Notes under the pieces: model-generated | Seen by the model: the letters and a program-made list of their open reading frames with translations, nothing else | The model's database searches: none | What the model was told of the DNA's origin: nothing | Program-made: the position numbers and the translations under genes | Part shown: positions 30,501 through 40,639 of the stretch, in pieces | Layout of the letters: every line of letters starts with the position of its first letter | Position numbering within the stretch: the first letter of the stretch is position 1 | DNA from: Lysobacterales bacterium 66-474 | GTDB taxonomy: Bacteria > Pseudomonadota > Gammaproteobacteria > Xanthomonadales > Rhodanobacteraceae | Direction: 5' to 3' | Assembly: GCA_001899805.1 (NCBI GenBank) | Contig: MKWP01000008.1 | Coordinates: 80,859 to 144,858, forward strand | DNA: 64,000 nt

Positions 30501-33284
30501 TCAGTGCAACAGCGCCGCGCGCTGGCCGACCCAGCCAAAACCGGCCTTGCGTGCGTCGGTGTTCAGCGCGTCGCGCGTCGTTTTCGCGATGACGTCATGA
30601 CCGCCGCGCTCCAGTAAGCGCACCTGCGCGAGCCGTGCCTCGAACGCGTAGCCGATCCAGTGGCGTCTGTCCGCTTCGTCCGTGAGCGAACGCAGCGATG
30701 CCAGGGCTTGATCCGGGCTGTCGTCCGTCCCGGCAAGTTCCGCCAACGCGACGTCGAGCGTGAATGCCTCCTGCCGCTGGTTGATGCCGGCGCGCAACTC
30801 GCGTGCGCGCGCATGCGCCGTGCCGCGCGCGGCCGTGTCGCCGAGTTCCGCATCGCACAGCGCAAGCAGTCCCTGCGCCGTGGCCTCGCCGGTTTTTTCC
30901 TGTTGCGCGATCCAGCCCGACAGCGATTTCTGCAACACGCCGCGCGCGTCGCGCCATTGCCTGCGCCCCATCGCGATCTGCCCCAGCACCAGTTGCGCGT
31001 TGGCGGCGGTGAAGTCGTCCCTGGCCGCGGCGGCCAGGCTCTCGATTTTCATGAACGATGAAGCCGCTGCATCCACGTCGCCGCGGTCGAGCGCGACCTC
31101 GGCGCATTCGAATGCCACCGCCTGCGTGCGCGACGAGGCGTCCAGCGCCTGTTCCGTTTCCTGAGCCTGTGCGCACGCAGCGCGCGCGGCCTGCAGATCG
31201 CCGCGCACGCGCAGCAAATCCGCATACGTCGAGAGTGCGAAGGCCAGGTGTCCGCGCGCGCCGGCTTGCCGGTCCAGCGCGATCGCCGCGCGATACATGC
31301 CGGCCACTTCGTCACTTGCGGATTCGTCCGCGAGCACCGTCGCGAGTCCGGTCAGCGTCCACGCCTCGCGGACCGGGTCACCGGTTTCGCGCGCGATGAC
31401 CAGCGCCTGCCGCAACGCGGTCTCGGTGCCGTCGCGGTCGCCCGACTGCCACAGCATGTTGGAAAGATTGTCGTAGATCGCCGCTTCTCCGCCCAAGTCG
31501 CCCACGCCCTGGTAGATCGTCATCGCGCGCTGGTAGGTTTCGCGCGCGGCGGCGACCTGGTTGCGCGTGGCCTGCAGGTTGCCGAGGTTCTGCCACGCGT
31601 GCGCTTCGCCGTGGGGGTTGCCGATGCGATGGTAATCCGCGGCCGCGGCGCGCAACGCGGGTTCCGCCCGATTGCCCTGGTCGAGCGCGCTGCCGAGGCG
31701 CAATTCCGCTTCGGCGACCAGGCCCGTTTCGCCGCGCCGTTGCGCCTGGTGCAGTGCCTGCCGTGCATGCGGAATCGCGGCGGCGCGTCGGTCGCGCGCG
31801 AATTCGATGTCCGCGGCGGCAAGCTCGATGCGCGGATCCTCGCTGGCGGCCGACAGCTTGCGCGTCGCGGCCAACGCGGCGATCGCGTCGTCGTATTTCG
31901 CATCAGCGATCAATGTTCCGATCAATTGCAACCGGTAATCGGGATTCAGGGGACGCAACGTGACAAGCTCGCGCAACGTGCCGGCGGCTTTCGCGTGGGC
32001 GTCCTGGATCGTGAACTGCTGTGCCTCGATCTGCAATCGTACTTCGTCCGGCAAATCCTCCGCGTACCGCACGGCCTGCTGCGAGGCAGCGACCGCCCTG
32101 GCGCGATAGCCAAGCATCGCCCACGCGCGCCCCAGCTGCATGTAGGCTGGTGCGTAGCCGGGCGCCTGCGCGATCGCCTGCAGCAGCTCGTCGCGCGCGC
32201 GCGCGGCATCGAACTGGTCCAGCGCCTGCAGGGCGAAACCGAGGTGCCTCGCCACTTCCGCGCTGGCAGGTTGCGCAAGGGCGATCCGCTTGAGTATCGC
32301 GGGATCGACGCGCTCGCCGAAGCGCACGCGCAGGTCGCTGCCCATCCGCGCGACCAGGCCGGGCAGGTCGTTGACCGGGCCTTCCCGCGACAGCGTGGCA
32401 AACGCCGCGCCCGATTGTGCGTCCTGCACCGTCAGGTCGACCCGTAAGCGCGGCGTATCGGATTCGCCCGTCACGAGGTACGCGCCGCTCAGCACGTAGC
32501 GTGCGCCGAGGCGGCGCTGCAGGGTTTGCAGGCTCGCCGGCGCATAGCCACCCGCTTCGGGATTCGGCAGGTCGGCACGCGCGGGGCGCACCAGTTCTTC
32601 CGATACCGCATGCAGCCTGCCGCTGGCCGCGACTTCCGTCGCCAGCATCCGCTCCAGCGCAGGCCCCAGCCACGTGTCCTTGGCATTGCCCGAGAGGTTG
32701 CTGAAATCCACGATCGCCATCGCCCCTGGATCCGAAACCCGAAGGCTGCGCGCGGGTGCGACGCGTGGGTTGCGCCACCAGAGCACGCCGGCCAGCAGTG
32801 CGACAAGGGCCACGCCGGTTGCGCTCAGCCACAAGTTATCGCTGCGGCGGATCGTGGGTACGGCACCCGACGCAGCCGCAACCCATGCGGGGTCGGTCGA
32901 CGTGGATTTCCTGCCGTCCAGCTCGTGGGTCGTCCCGGTGGCCGCTCCGGTACATGCGATTTTTTGTACCGGCGCCACGAAGCGGTAACCCAGCTTCGGC
33001 ACGGTTTCGATGCAGCGCCCTTCGTCCTCGCCGTCGCCCAATGCGTGGCGGATCAGCCAGATGTGCTTGGTGAGGTTGGATTCGTGCACGAAACCGCGCG
33101 GCCACAGCGCGGACATCAGTTCGTCCTTGCTGACCAAGTGCCCGGCGCGTTCGACCAACAAGACCAGCGTGTCGAAAACCTTGGGCGTCAGCGTGACCGG
33201 CTGGCCGCGCACCGTCAGTCGGCGCTCGCGCGGATCGAGTTCGCAATCGGCGAAGCGGTAGACCGGATTTTCCTGCGCTGACAC
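30501..33284 (-). CDS. Membrane-anchored OmpR/PhoB-type winged-helix regulator with a large periplasmic TPR domain (CadC/ToxR-like architecture)
   Basis: YRFADCELDPRERRLTVRGQPVTLTPKVFDTLVLLVERAGHLVSKDELMSALW...TVPKLGYRF wHTH domain; one TM helix (LWLSATGVALVALLAGVLWW); about 650 aa of TPR-like repeats. GTG start at 33284 is inferred. The stop codon abuts the czcA stop. Confidence 0.75.
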   Translation of the reverse strand: MSAQENPVYRFADCELDPRERRLTVRGQPVTLTPKVFDTLVLLVERAGHLVSKDELMSALWPRGFVHESNLTKHIWLIRHALGDGEDEGRCIETVPKLGYRFVAPVQKIACTGAATGTTHELDGRKSTSTDPAWVAAASGAVPTIRRSDNLWLSATGVALVALLAGVLWWRNPRVAPARSLRVSDPGAMAIVDFSNLSGNAKDTWLGPALERMLATEVAASGRLHAVSEELVRPARADLPNPEAGGYAPASLQTLQRRLGARYVLSGAYLVTGESDTPRLRVDLTVQDAQSGAAFATLSREGPVNDLPGLVARMGSDLRVRFGERVDPAILKRIALAQPASAEVARHLGFALQALDQFDAARARDELLQAIAQAPGYAPAYMQLGRAWAMLGYRARAVAASQQAVRYAEDLPDEVRLQIEAQQFTIQDAHAKAAGTLRELVTLRPLNPDYRLQLIGTLIADAKYDDAIAALAATRKLSAASEDPRIELAAADIEFARDRRAAAIPHARQALHQAQRRGETGLVAEAELRLGSALDQGNRAEPALRAAAADYHRIGNPHGEAHAWQNLGNLQATRNQVAAARETYQRAMTIYQGVGDLGGEAAIYDNLSNMLWQSGDRDGTETALRQALVIARETGDPVREAWTLTGLATVLADESASDEVAGMYRAAIALDRQAGARGHLAFALSTYADLLRVRGDLQAARAACAQAQETEQALDASSRTQAVAFECAEVALDRGDVDAAASSFMKIESLAAAARDDFTAANAQLVLGQIAMGRRQWRDARGVLQKSLSGWIAQQEKTGEATAQGLLALCDAELGDTAARGTAHARARELRAGINQRQEAFTLDVALAELAGTDDSPDQALASLRSLTDEADRRHWIGYAFEARLAQVRLLERGGHDVIAKTTRDALNTDARKAGFGWVGQRAALLH

Positions 33285-33499
33285 GGCCTTGGCCCGTGGC
33301 AGGAAGGGGGCAGGAATTTTGCCAGAAATCTGCCAGCGCGGCGGCAATGACAGAACCTGTCGGATGGCGCAGGTTGCAGCACGGGGAACGAACCGGATCG
33401 ACCGGCCTGGTTCAAGCGGTCCGGGTTCCTCTTCGGTTTTCGTGAAACGGCGATTGCTCGCCTTGCTGCAACGGGATCCCTTCAACCGGAGGACATGCA

Positions 33500-34048
33500 A
33501 TGAAACGTACAAGTCTCGCGATTTTCACGGCCCTGGTTTGCGCGTCCGCGCCGTTCGTCGGCCAGGCTTTGGCACAACCCGCGGAAGCGTCGCCGCCGTC
33601 CGGCCAGCTCGATCGTTTCGTCGGCGACGGCACCTGCACCGGCAACGTGATGGCGATGGACAAACATCCCGGGCACGCCACGACCGGCAAATTCCACGGC
33701 GAAAAGACGCTGGATGGCCACTGGGTCGTGATCCGTTACGACGAAGACACGACCACGGCCAACCCGAAGCCTTTCAGCGTCGTGCAATACATCGGCTACG
33801 ACAAGGCGAAGAAGCGATTCATCGCAGTAACTTTCGACAACTCCGGGGCTCCCTACAGCATGGGCACGAGCCAGGGCTGGCAGGGCAACGCCATCACCTT
33901 CGACGAAAGGGCCGAGGGCGTCGAGGGGCTTGTCTTCCGCGACACCTTCACCAACGGTGACTCGGGCATGTCGAGCCATACCGGGACGATGAAGGACAAG
34001 CACGGCAAGTGGGTCAAGACCGACGAGGAAACTTGCCGCAAGGCGTGA
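33500..34048 (+). CDS. Secreted DUF1579-like protein
   Basis: GGAGGA RBS; signal peptide MKRTSLAIFTALVCASAPFVGQALA. Family call is tentative (FVGDGTCTG...LDGHWVVIRYD). Confidence 0.5.
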   Translation: MKRTSLAIFTALVCASAPFVGQALAQPAEASPPSGQLDRFVGDGTCTGNVMAMDKHPGHATTGKFHGEKTLDGHWVVIRYDEDTTTANPKPFSVVQYIGYDKAKKRFIAVTFDNSGAPYSMGTSQGWQGNAITFDERAEGVEGLVFRDTFTNGDSGMSSHTGTMKDKHGKWVKTDEETCRKA

Positions 34049-34128
34049 CGACGGCCGCGCCGCGATCCGCAGGCACCCGGGTTGCGGCGCGATCCGAAGT
34101 ACGACGACACGAATACGCGCGTATTGCC

Positions 34129-34548
34129 ATGAATGCGCTCCGGTCCCTCGCGGTGTTCGCACTTGCGGGCATGCTGGCGAGTTGCCAGCGGGCACACACG
34201 GCGCAACCTCCAATGATCGACTGGCGCACCAGCCCGCTGGATCTGAACCTGCGCGGGATGAACGGCAAGAGTTATCTGTTCCGCTGCCCCGCCGGCAAAC
34301 CGGTGCCGGATTCGGTGGCGGGCAGCGGCGTGTACACGGATGCCTCGTCGATCTGTGCCGCGGCGGCGCACGCGGGCGCAATCGATGCCCAGCAGGGTGG
34401 TCCGGTGATGATCCAGATCCTTCCGGGCCAGGGCGATTACCGCGGCAGCACCCGGAACTTCATCCGCAGCACCACCTATCCGCGCGCCTGGGGCGGCAGC
34501 TTTGCGGTACTGTCGGCCACGGATTCGGGTGGCGGGAAAAAACCGTGA
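34129..34548 (+). CDS. LCCL domain lipoprotein
   Basis: Lipobox LAGMLASC. GSGVYTDASSICAAAAHAGAIDAQQGGPVMIQILPGQGDYRGSTRNFIRS matches the LCCL consensus. Confidence 0.75.
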   Translation: MNALRSLAVFALAGMLASCQRAHTAQPPMIDWRTSPLDLNLRGMNGKSYLFRCPAGKPVPDSVAGSGVYTDASSICAAAAHAGAIDAQQGGPVMIQILPGQGDYRGSTRNFIRSTTYPRAWGGSFAVLSATDSGGGKKP

Positions 34549-34616
34549 CGCGTTTCGTCACGCAGTCGGACGCATGGATGAAAATCACGCGGTCCGGGCA
34601 TCCCGCGGCGCCGTGC

Positions 34617-35030
34617 TCACTCGGTTTGTACCGACCAGCAGTGCGTGCGCGGAACGTGCGATCCGGTCGGTTGGGTCCATGCGCAGCGGGTGGTGCCCGC
34701 ACGGCCGCGCGTCAGGATCATGTTGGCCGATTCCTGCGCGTTGTAAAGATCGACCCGTTGTGCGCCGGTCATGGCCTCGATGCTGCCGTGAAGCTGGAGC
34801 AAGGTGTCCATCGCGGCGATCTCGCGCTCGACCCGTGTGCGATCCGGTGCGGAAAGAAACGCGTACTCGCCGCCGACGCCCAGGCCCGCGCGCACTTGTG
34901 CGGCCTGCTCCTGGAAGCTCTGCGGCGTGCTGATGTCGAAGGGTTTGCCGCCGTCGAACCCGCCCGCCATCGCGGCGCCGGCCGCCAGCAACAAACCCGC
35001 CAAAACACCCATGGAACGATGCGAACGCAT
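34617..35030 (-). CDS. Hypothetical secreted protein
   Basis: 137 aa, signal-like MGVLAGLLLAAGAAMA, balanced composition. No family recognised. Confidence 0.45.
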   Translation of the reverse strand: MRSHRSMGVLAGLLLAAGAAMAGGFDGGKPFDISTPQSFQEQAAQVRAGLGVGGEYAFLSAPDRTRVEREIAAMDTLLQLHGSIEAMTGAQRVDLYNAQESANMILTRGRAGTTRCAWTQPTGSHVPRTHCWSVQTE

Positions 35031-35231
35031 GCTGCACCTGCTGCGTCATGGACGCTGTGTCTGGGGTGTGGAAAGTTTCGTCCCGGGCGTGTTACGGCAC
35101 CGTCAAGACAGCGGCGGCAGCGGGGCCACCGTGGTGCCTCCATGAAAGAAGCTCATTTGGGCTGTGTCCCTGCCTGTCTCCCTGCGAGGTGCACGCTTGG
35201 ATGAAAACGCCTTGGGTAGGCAAGAAACGAG

Positions 35232-35254
35232 AAACCCGCGACGGGCGCGGGTTT
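35232..35254 (-). terminator. Hairpin downstream of tRNA-Leu
   Basis: AAACCCGCG-ACGGG-CGCGGGTTT. On the minus strand it is followed by CTCGTTTCTT. Confidence 0.4.
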
Positions 35255-35298
35255 CAAGGCAATTCTTGGAATGGATGGGAATTGCTGGAATGGTGCAG

Positions 35299-35383
<85 letters not shown>

Positions 35384-35534
35384 AGGGTTTTGGCCGCGGC
35401 GCAGGGCGCCAGCGAGCCGCGTACGATAGCGGTCGGGCGGCCCGGATGTCAATGCAACCGTGGCGGGTCGGCAGTGCACTAACCCGGAACGGTCGGCCGT
35501 GCTACCGTGAAACGTATCTCTGGAGGGTTTGGCG

Positions 35535-36158
35535 ATGAACAGGCAATTCGTGGGTGTGGTGGTCGCGGGTGCGTTGGCTTTGCTGCTTGCTGTTCCCGTC
35601 CTGGCGGCCAGTGAATCGAAGGCATTGGATCCCGGCGCGATGGCGCCCGATTTCACCGCGACGGCCAGCCTCGCGGGCAAGGATTTCAACTTCTCGTTGA
35701 AGCAGGCGCTCGCCAAGGGTCCGGTGGTGGTCTATTTCTACCCGGCGGCCTATACCGGTGGTTGCGACCTCGAAGCGCACACCTTCGCGACCGAGGCGGA
35801 TGCATTCGCCAAGGCCGGCGCCACCATCATCGGCGTGTCGGCGGATTCGGTGGCGCGGCTCAACCAGTTTTCGGCCGACCCGAAATACTGCGCCGGCAAG
35901 TTTGCGGTCGCGTCCGATCCCGCGGGCAAGATCGCGGCCACGTATGGACTGGCGATGATGCCGCCGCAGCAGGGCGTGACCGACGTGCACGGGAAGCCGG
36001 TGACCCATGGTTTCCTGCCACGCACCACGTTCGTGCTCGACCACGCGGGCAAGGTGGTGGCGCGGCTGTCGTCCAAGGACGACCACCTGAGCCCCGACCA
36101 GCACGTGCACCGCTCGCTCGAGATCGTGGAGAAACTGCAGGCCGGCAAGGCGCCGTAA
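35535..36158 (+). CDS. Secreted peroxiredoxin (AhpC/TSA, Bcp-like)
   Basis: Signal peptide, then VVVYFYPAAYTGGCDLEAHTF, the peroxidatic-Cys motif. GGAGGG RBS 6 nt upstream of ATG 35535. Confidence 0.8.
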   Translation: MNRQFVGVVVAGALALLLAVPVLAASESKALDPGAMAPDFTATASLAGKDFNFSLKQALAKGPVVVYFYPAAYTGGCDLEAHTFATEADAFAKAGATIIGVSADSVARLNQFSADPKYCAGKFAVASDPAGKIAATYGLAMMPPQQGVTDVHGKPVTHGFLPRTTFVLDHAGKVVARLSSKDDHLSPDQHVHRSLEIVEKLQAGKAP

Positions 36159-36380
36159 AACCCCTGAATAACCTGCTGCGCTCGGCAGCTTGCGTGTCGG
36201 CGGTGCTCGCAATGCTCACGTACTGGTGTGTACGCTCCGCTTGCTGCGCTCCGGCGACCATGGAATGTTTGTGGCCATGGATGGCACTGCCTTCGCTCGC
36301 GACGGTTCTTCAGGGGTTTCAAAGTCGTCGCGCGCAGGACGGCGCTTGATTTCCGCGAGCCGCTCCGCGACGCTGGCGGC

Positions 36381-38804
36381 ATGCCAAGACGCCAGCGTCC
36401 GCCTTCCCGCCCGACGCGCAAGCGCGCGGACAAGCCCACCCGCAAGCCAGCCGCCGCATCGCCGCCAACCCGGCCGATGCGTTCGCGCACGCCGGCCGCG
36501 AAGAATCCGCATGCGCGTGAGCACGGCAAGCCGCATGGCGGCTTCGTCGATCCGCACGCCGAGCGCGAGGCGCGGCGCTACGAACATCCCATACCGAGTC
36601 GCGAGGCGATCCTCGCATTGCTGGCCGAACGCGGCAGCCTGTTGCGTGCGGATGCCATCGCCGAAGCACTGGGCATCCGTGACGATGTGCGCCGCGAGGC
36701 GCTCGACAAGCGCCTGCGCGCGATGCTGCGCGATGGCCAGTTGCTGGAAAGCCGTCGCGGCGGCGTCGCGCCCGCCGAGAAAATCGGCCTGATCACCGGC
36801 ACGGTGCTGGCCAACGCGGAAGGCTACGGGTTCCTGCGCCCCGACGAGGGCGGCGACGATCTGTATCTCTCGCCGGCGCAGATGCGCCAGGTGCTGCACG
36901 GCGATCGGGTGCTGGCGTCGGTGGTCGGCGTCGATCGGCGCGGACGCCGCCAGGGCGCGATCCGCGAAGTGCTGGAACGGCGCGCGCCGCGGCTGGTCGG
37001 GCGCGTGGTCGAGGAGCACGGCGTGGTGGTGGTCGATCCCGACGATCGCCGTCTGCACCAGGACGTGCTGATCCCGCACGATGCGCGCAACGGCGCGCGC
37101 GCGGGCCAGATCGTGATCGCCGAAATCACCGAACCGCCGACGTCGCAACGTGGACCGATCGGCCGCATCGTGTCGGTGCTGGGCGAGCGGCTGGCGCCTT
37201 CGCTGATCGTCGAGATGGCGATCGAGAGCCATGGCCTGCCGCACGAATGGCCAGTCGAGGTGACGCGCGCCGCCGAAGCCGTCGAGCCGCGCGTCACGTC
37301 GGCCGAACACGCGGGACGCGTGGACTTGCGCGGCGTTCCGCTGGTGACCATCGACGGCGCCGACGCGCGCGATTTCGACGATGCGGTGTACGCCGAACCG
37401 GTGCGTGGCGGCGGCTTCAAGCTGTTGGTCGCGATCGCCGACGTGTCGCACTACGTGCAACCGGAGACCCCGCTGGACGACGAGGCGTACCAGCGCGGGA
37501 CGTCGGTGTATTTCCCCGGGTTCGTGGTGCCGATGCTGCCGGAGACGCTTTCCAACGGGATCTGCTCGCTGAACCCGGACGTCGAGCGCCTGTGCATGGT
37601 CTGCGAGATGCGTGTCGGGGCGACCGGCGAGGTGACCCGATCGAAGTTCTATCCGGGCCTGATGCGTTCGCACGCGCGCCTGACCTATGACGGGGTGTGG
37701 CGCGCCATCGGTGAACGCGATGCCGAAGCGCGGCGCGGCCTCGGCAAGCTGCTGCCGCACATCGACCACCTGCACGCGCTATACAAGGCATTCGATGCCG
37801 CGCGCAAACGTCGCGGCACCATCGAGTTCGAGACCAGCGAGGTCGACTACCGGCTGGATGACAAGGGCGAGGTGGTTTCGCTGGGTTCCCACGAACGCAA
37901 CGACGCGCACAAGTTGATCGAGGAATGCATGATCGCCGCCAACGTCGAGGCGGCGAAGTTCCTCGCGAAGAAGAAAATCCCCGCGCCGTTCCGGGTGCAC
38001 GCGCCGCCGCCCGCCGACAAGTACGAAGACCTGCTGGCTTTCCTGCGCGAATACAAGTTGAAGCTGCCGCCGGTCAGCGAAGTGCGGCCGCGCGATTTCG
38101 CTGCGCTGCTGAAGCGTGTGGCGGACCGCCCCGACGCCGAGTTGTTCCGCAGCGTACTGCTGCGCGCGCAAAGCCTCGCCAGCTACCAGCCGGCCAACCA
38201 CGGGCACTTCGGCCTGGCGCTGGACGCCTACGCGCATTTCACCTCGCCGATCCGGCGTTATCCCGATTTGCTGGTGCACCGCGCGATCCGCTACGCGCTG
38301 GCGGGCGGCAAGCCGGCCGCGTACCTGTACACCGAGAGCAAGATGGCGACCATGGCCGCGCACTGCTCGCGCACCGAGCGGCGCGCCGAGGAAGCCGAGC
38401 GCGACGTCGACGAGCGCTACAAGTGCGCGTGGATGGAGCAGCACGTCGGCGCCGAGTTCGACGGCATCATCACCGGCGTCACTTCGTTCGGACTGTTCGT
38501 GGAATTGACCGAATCGAAAGTGTCGGGGTTGGTGCACATTACCCAGTTGCGCAACGACTACTACCATTTCGACGCACGCCGGCACGAATTGCGCGGGGAG
38601 CGTACCGGCACGGTGTTCCGGCTCGGCGACGCGGTGCGCGTGCAGGTGCTGCGCGCCAGCATGGAGGATCGCCGGATCGATTTCCGGTTGGTGAGCAATG
38701 ATTCCTTCCCCCGCTTGCGGGGGAAGCCGCCATCCATGGCCAAAAACTCCGTGGTGCCGAAGGCGGATGGGGGCAGTTATCGCGTGCAAACGAGCAAGGA
38801 ATGA
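36381..38804 (+). CDS. rnr: Ribonuclease R
   Basis: Basic N-terminal tail, wHTH/CSD region, RNB catalytic core (TIDGADARDFDDAV, YFPGFVVPMLPE, HFGLALDAYAHFTSPIRRYPDL) and a C-terminal S1 domain (GIITGVTSFGLFVEL). Start is inferred. Confidence 0.9.
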   Translation: MPRRQRPPSRPTRKRADKPTRKPAAASPPTRPMRSRTPAAKNPHAREHGKPHGGFVDPHAEREARRYEHPIPSREAILALLAERGSLLRADAIAEALGIRDDVRREALDKRLRAMLRDGQLLESRRGGVAPAEKIGLITGTVLANAEGYGFLRPDEGGDDLYLSPAQMRQVLHGDRVLASVVGVDRRGRRQGAIREVLERRAPRLVGRVVEEHGVVVVDPDDRRLHQDVLIPHDARNGARAGQIVIAEITEPPTSQRGPIGRIVSVLGERLAPSLIVEMAIESHGLPHEWPVEVTRAAEAVEPRVTSAEHAGRVDLRGVPLVTIDGADARDFDDAVYAEPVRGGGFKLLVAIADVSHYVQPETPLDDEAYQRGTSVYFPGFVVPMLPETLSNGICSLNPDVERLCMVCEMRVGATGEVTRSKFYPGLMRSHARLTYDGVWRAIGERDAEARRGLGKLLPHIDHLHALYKAFDAARKRRGTIEFETSEVDYRLDDKGEVVSLGSHERNDAHKLIEECMIAANVEAAKFLAKKKIPAPFRVHAPPPADKYEDLLAFLREYKLKLPPVSEVRPRDFAALLKRVADRPDAELFRSVLLRAQSLASYQPANHGHFGLALDAYAHFTSPIRRYPDLLVHRAIRYALAGGKPAAYLYTESKMATMAAHCSRTERRAEEAERDVDERYKCAWMEQHVGAEFDGIITGVTSFGLFVELTESKVSGLVHITQLRNDYYHFDARRHELRGERTGTVFRLGDAVRVQVLRASMEDRRIDFRLVSNDSFPRLRGKPPSMAKNSVVPKADGGSYRVQTSKE

Positions 38805-38842
38805 ATATGCGGGATTTTCGCTTCGGTTGCCCCCCACCCCAA

Positions 38843-38866
38843 CCCTCCCCCGCAAGCGGGGGAGGG
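38843..38866. repeat. GC-rich hairpin (single REP-like module) between rnr and rlmB
   Basis: CCCTCCCCCGCAAGCGGGGGAGGG, a 9-bp stem. It belongs to the same CCCTC...GAGGG style as the larger elements. Confidence 0.45.
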
Positions 38867-38874
38867 AGAAGGTC

Positions 38875-39615
38875 ATGAGCGAATCCTGGATCGTCGGCAT
38901 CCATCCGGTCGAAGGCGCGCTCGCCAACGATCCGTCGCGTGTGCGCGAGGTTCTGGTCGAGCAGGGCACGCACAACCCGCGTGTTACCGAACTCGTGAAC
39001 GAAGCCAAACGCCTGGGCGTGCGCGTGCACGCGCGCCCGCGCGCGATGCTGGACAAGGTTTCCGGTCATGCGCGGCACCAGGGCGTGGCCGCCAACTACG
39101 AGGTGCCCGCGGCGAAATCCGAACACGATCTCGCGGATTTGCTGGATTCCGACGACGCGCTCTTCCTCGTGCTGGACGGCGTCACCGACCCGCACAACCT
39201 CGGGGCGTGCCTGCGCAGCGCGGCGGCAGCGGGTGCGACGGCGGTGATCGTTCCGAAGGACCGTGCGGTCGGCATCACGCCGGTGGTGCGGCGCGCGTCG
39301 GCGGGCGCGGTGGATCGCGTGCCGTTGATCGAAGTGACCAACCTCGCGCGTGCGTTGCGCGACATGAAGGACGCGGGCGTGTGGCTGACGGGGCTTGCCG
39401 GCGAAGCGCAGGCATCGCTGTACGACGTGGACCTCAAGGGCAAGGTCGCGCTGGTGATGGGCGGCGAGGGCGAGGGGATGCGGCGTCTCACGCGCGAAGC
39501 GTGCGACCGCCTGGCGCGCATCCCGATGCCGGGCGCCATGGAAAGCCTCAACGTTTCAGTGGCGACGGGCGTCGCGCTGTTCGAGGCGGTACGTCAACGG
39601 AGGGGCGAACAATGA
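38875..39615 (+). CDS. rlmB: 23S rRNA (guanosine-2'-O)-methyltransferase RlmB (SpoU/TrmH family)
   Basis: GIHPVEGAL N-terminus, LDGVTDPHNLGACLRSA, VMGGEGEGMR and SLNVSVATGVALFE SpoU motifs. Canonical position after rnr. Confidence 0.9.
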   Translation: MSESWIVGIHPVEGALANDPSRVREVLVEQGTHNPRVTELVNEAKRLGVRVHARPRAMLDKVSGHARHQGVAANYEVPAAKSEHDLADLLDSDDALFLVLDGVTDPHNLGACLRSAAAAGATAVIVPKDRAVGITPVVRRASAGAVDRVPLIEVTNLARALRDMKDAGVWLTGLAGEAQASLYDVDLKGKVALVMGGEGEGMRRLTREACDRLARIPMPGAMESLNVSVATGVALFEAVRQRRGEQ

Positions 39616-39875
39616 GTGTGACCTTCACTTGGCCGACCATCGTCGGCCTGATCGGTACCCTGCTGGTGCTGCTCGCGTTTTTCCTGCTGCAGGTGGACAA
39701 GCTGCGAGGCAACGGGCCGATCTACCAGTTGATGAATGCGATCGGCGCTGCGGCGATCATCGTGTCGCTGTTTTACGAGTTCAACCTTGCCGCGATGCTG
39801 TTGGAAATCGCCTGGCTGGCCATCAGCGTCTACGGCATCGTGCGCGGACTCCGGGGCGGGCGCGCCAGGCATTGA
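39612..39875 (+). CDS. Small membrane protein (3 TM helices), unknown function
   Basis: ATG overlaps the rlmB stop (ATGA). 87-aa hydrophobic product (TIVGLIGTLLVLLAFFLL...). Confidence 0.55.
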   Translation: MSVTFTWPTIVGLIGTLLVLLAFFLLQVDKLRGNGPIYQLMNAIGAAAIIVSLFYEFNLAAMLLEIAWLAISVYGIVRGLRGGRARH

Positions 39876-39881
39876 AGTGCG

Positions 39882-40538
39882 TCAGCGGCGTTTGCCCGCC
39901 TTCCTGATTGCCGTGACACGCTTCGTCGTGCGCGCATCGTCGCGGCGCCGCTCGCGGAAGGCCGAGTTGTAGGCCTTGATTTCATTGCGCAGCGTTTGCG
40001 AAGCCTTCGGCAGTTTGCCGGCATCAACGGCTTGCTCCATCCGCCGCATCAGGTCCCAATCGTGGTAATCGCGATAGGGCTTCAGGTCCAGGTCCTTCGG
40101 CACTTTCTTCAGGCGTTCGTCGCCGATGCTTTTCACGTACTTCTGCATGAAGCGGTCGTAGGCGTGCCATGAAACGCGTTCGGCGCGCACCGCGGCTTCT
40201 TCGGCGCGGGTCGCGATCTGGTGCGCGTGCAGGTAGTGCAGGTCGAGCTGGTCGATCAGGGTCTTCTCGACTTCCTCGTGCATGATCAGGAAGCGGTCCA
40301 CGTCGATGGTGCGTCCGCGGTACTTGAAGCTGAAGGGCAGGTGGCGGTCGATGTAGATGGTCTTGCCGTCCATGCTGTAGCCGGCGAGATAGGGGATGTC
40401 GTGGCTGCGGTCGAGTTTCTTCACCCGGCGCAGGATCGCGTCCAGCGCGCGGTCCAGCATCAGGCTGGAAACGAACCAGTTCGGCGTGTGCAATTTTTCA
40501 TGCGGTGCATCGGGATGGCAGGCGCGGTCGAAATGCAT
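39882..40538 (-). CDS. Conserved-looking hypothetical protein
   Basis: 218 aa with balanced, Lys/Asp/His-rich composition that is atypical for a shadow ORF, and a basic C-terminal tail. No family recognised. Confidence 0.5.
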   Translation of the reverse strand: MHFDRACHPDAPHEKLHTPNWFVSSLMLDRALDAILRRVKKLDRSHDIPYLAGYSMDGKTIYIDRHLPFSFKYRGRTIDVDRFLIMHEEVEKTLIDQLDLHYLHAHQIATRAEEAAVRAERVSWHAYDRFMQKYVKSIGDERLKKVPKDLDLKPYRDYHDWDLMRRMEQAVDAGKLPKASQTLRNEIKAYNSAFRERRRDDARTTKRVTAIRKAGKRR

Positions 40539-40639
40539 GGACTTGCTCCGTGGGTAACCGCGCGCAGCATACGCCGCTTGCCGCGCGCCGGCGGATGGTC
40601 CGGGCGGTTATGCTTTCGTCTTCCCGCGGGCGAGCAGCG

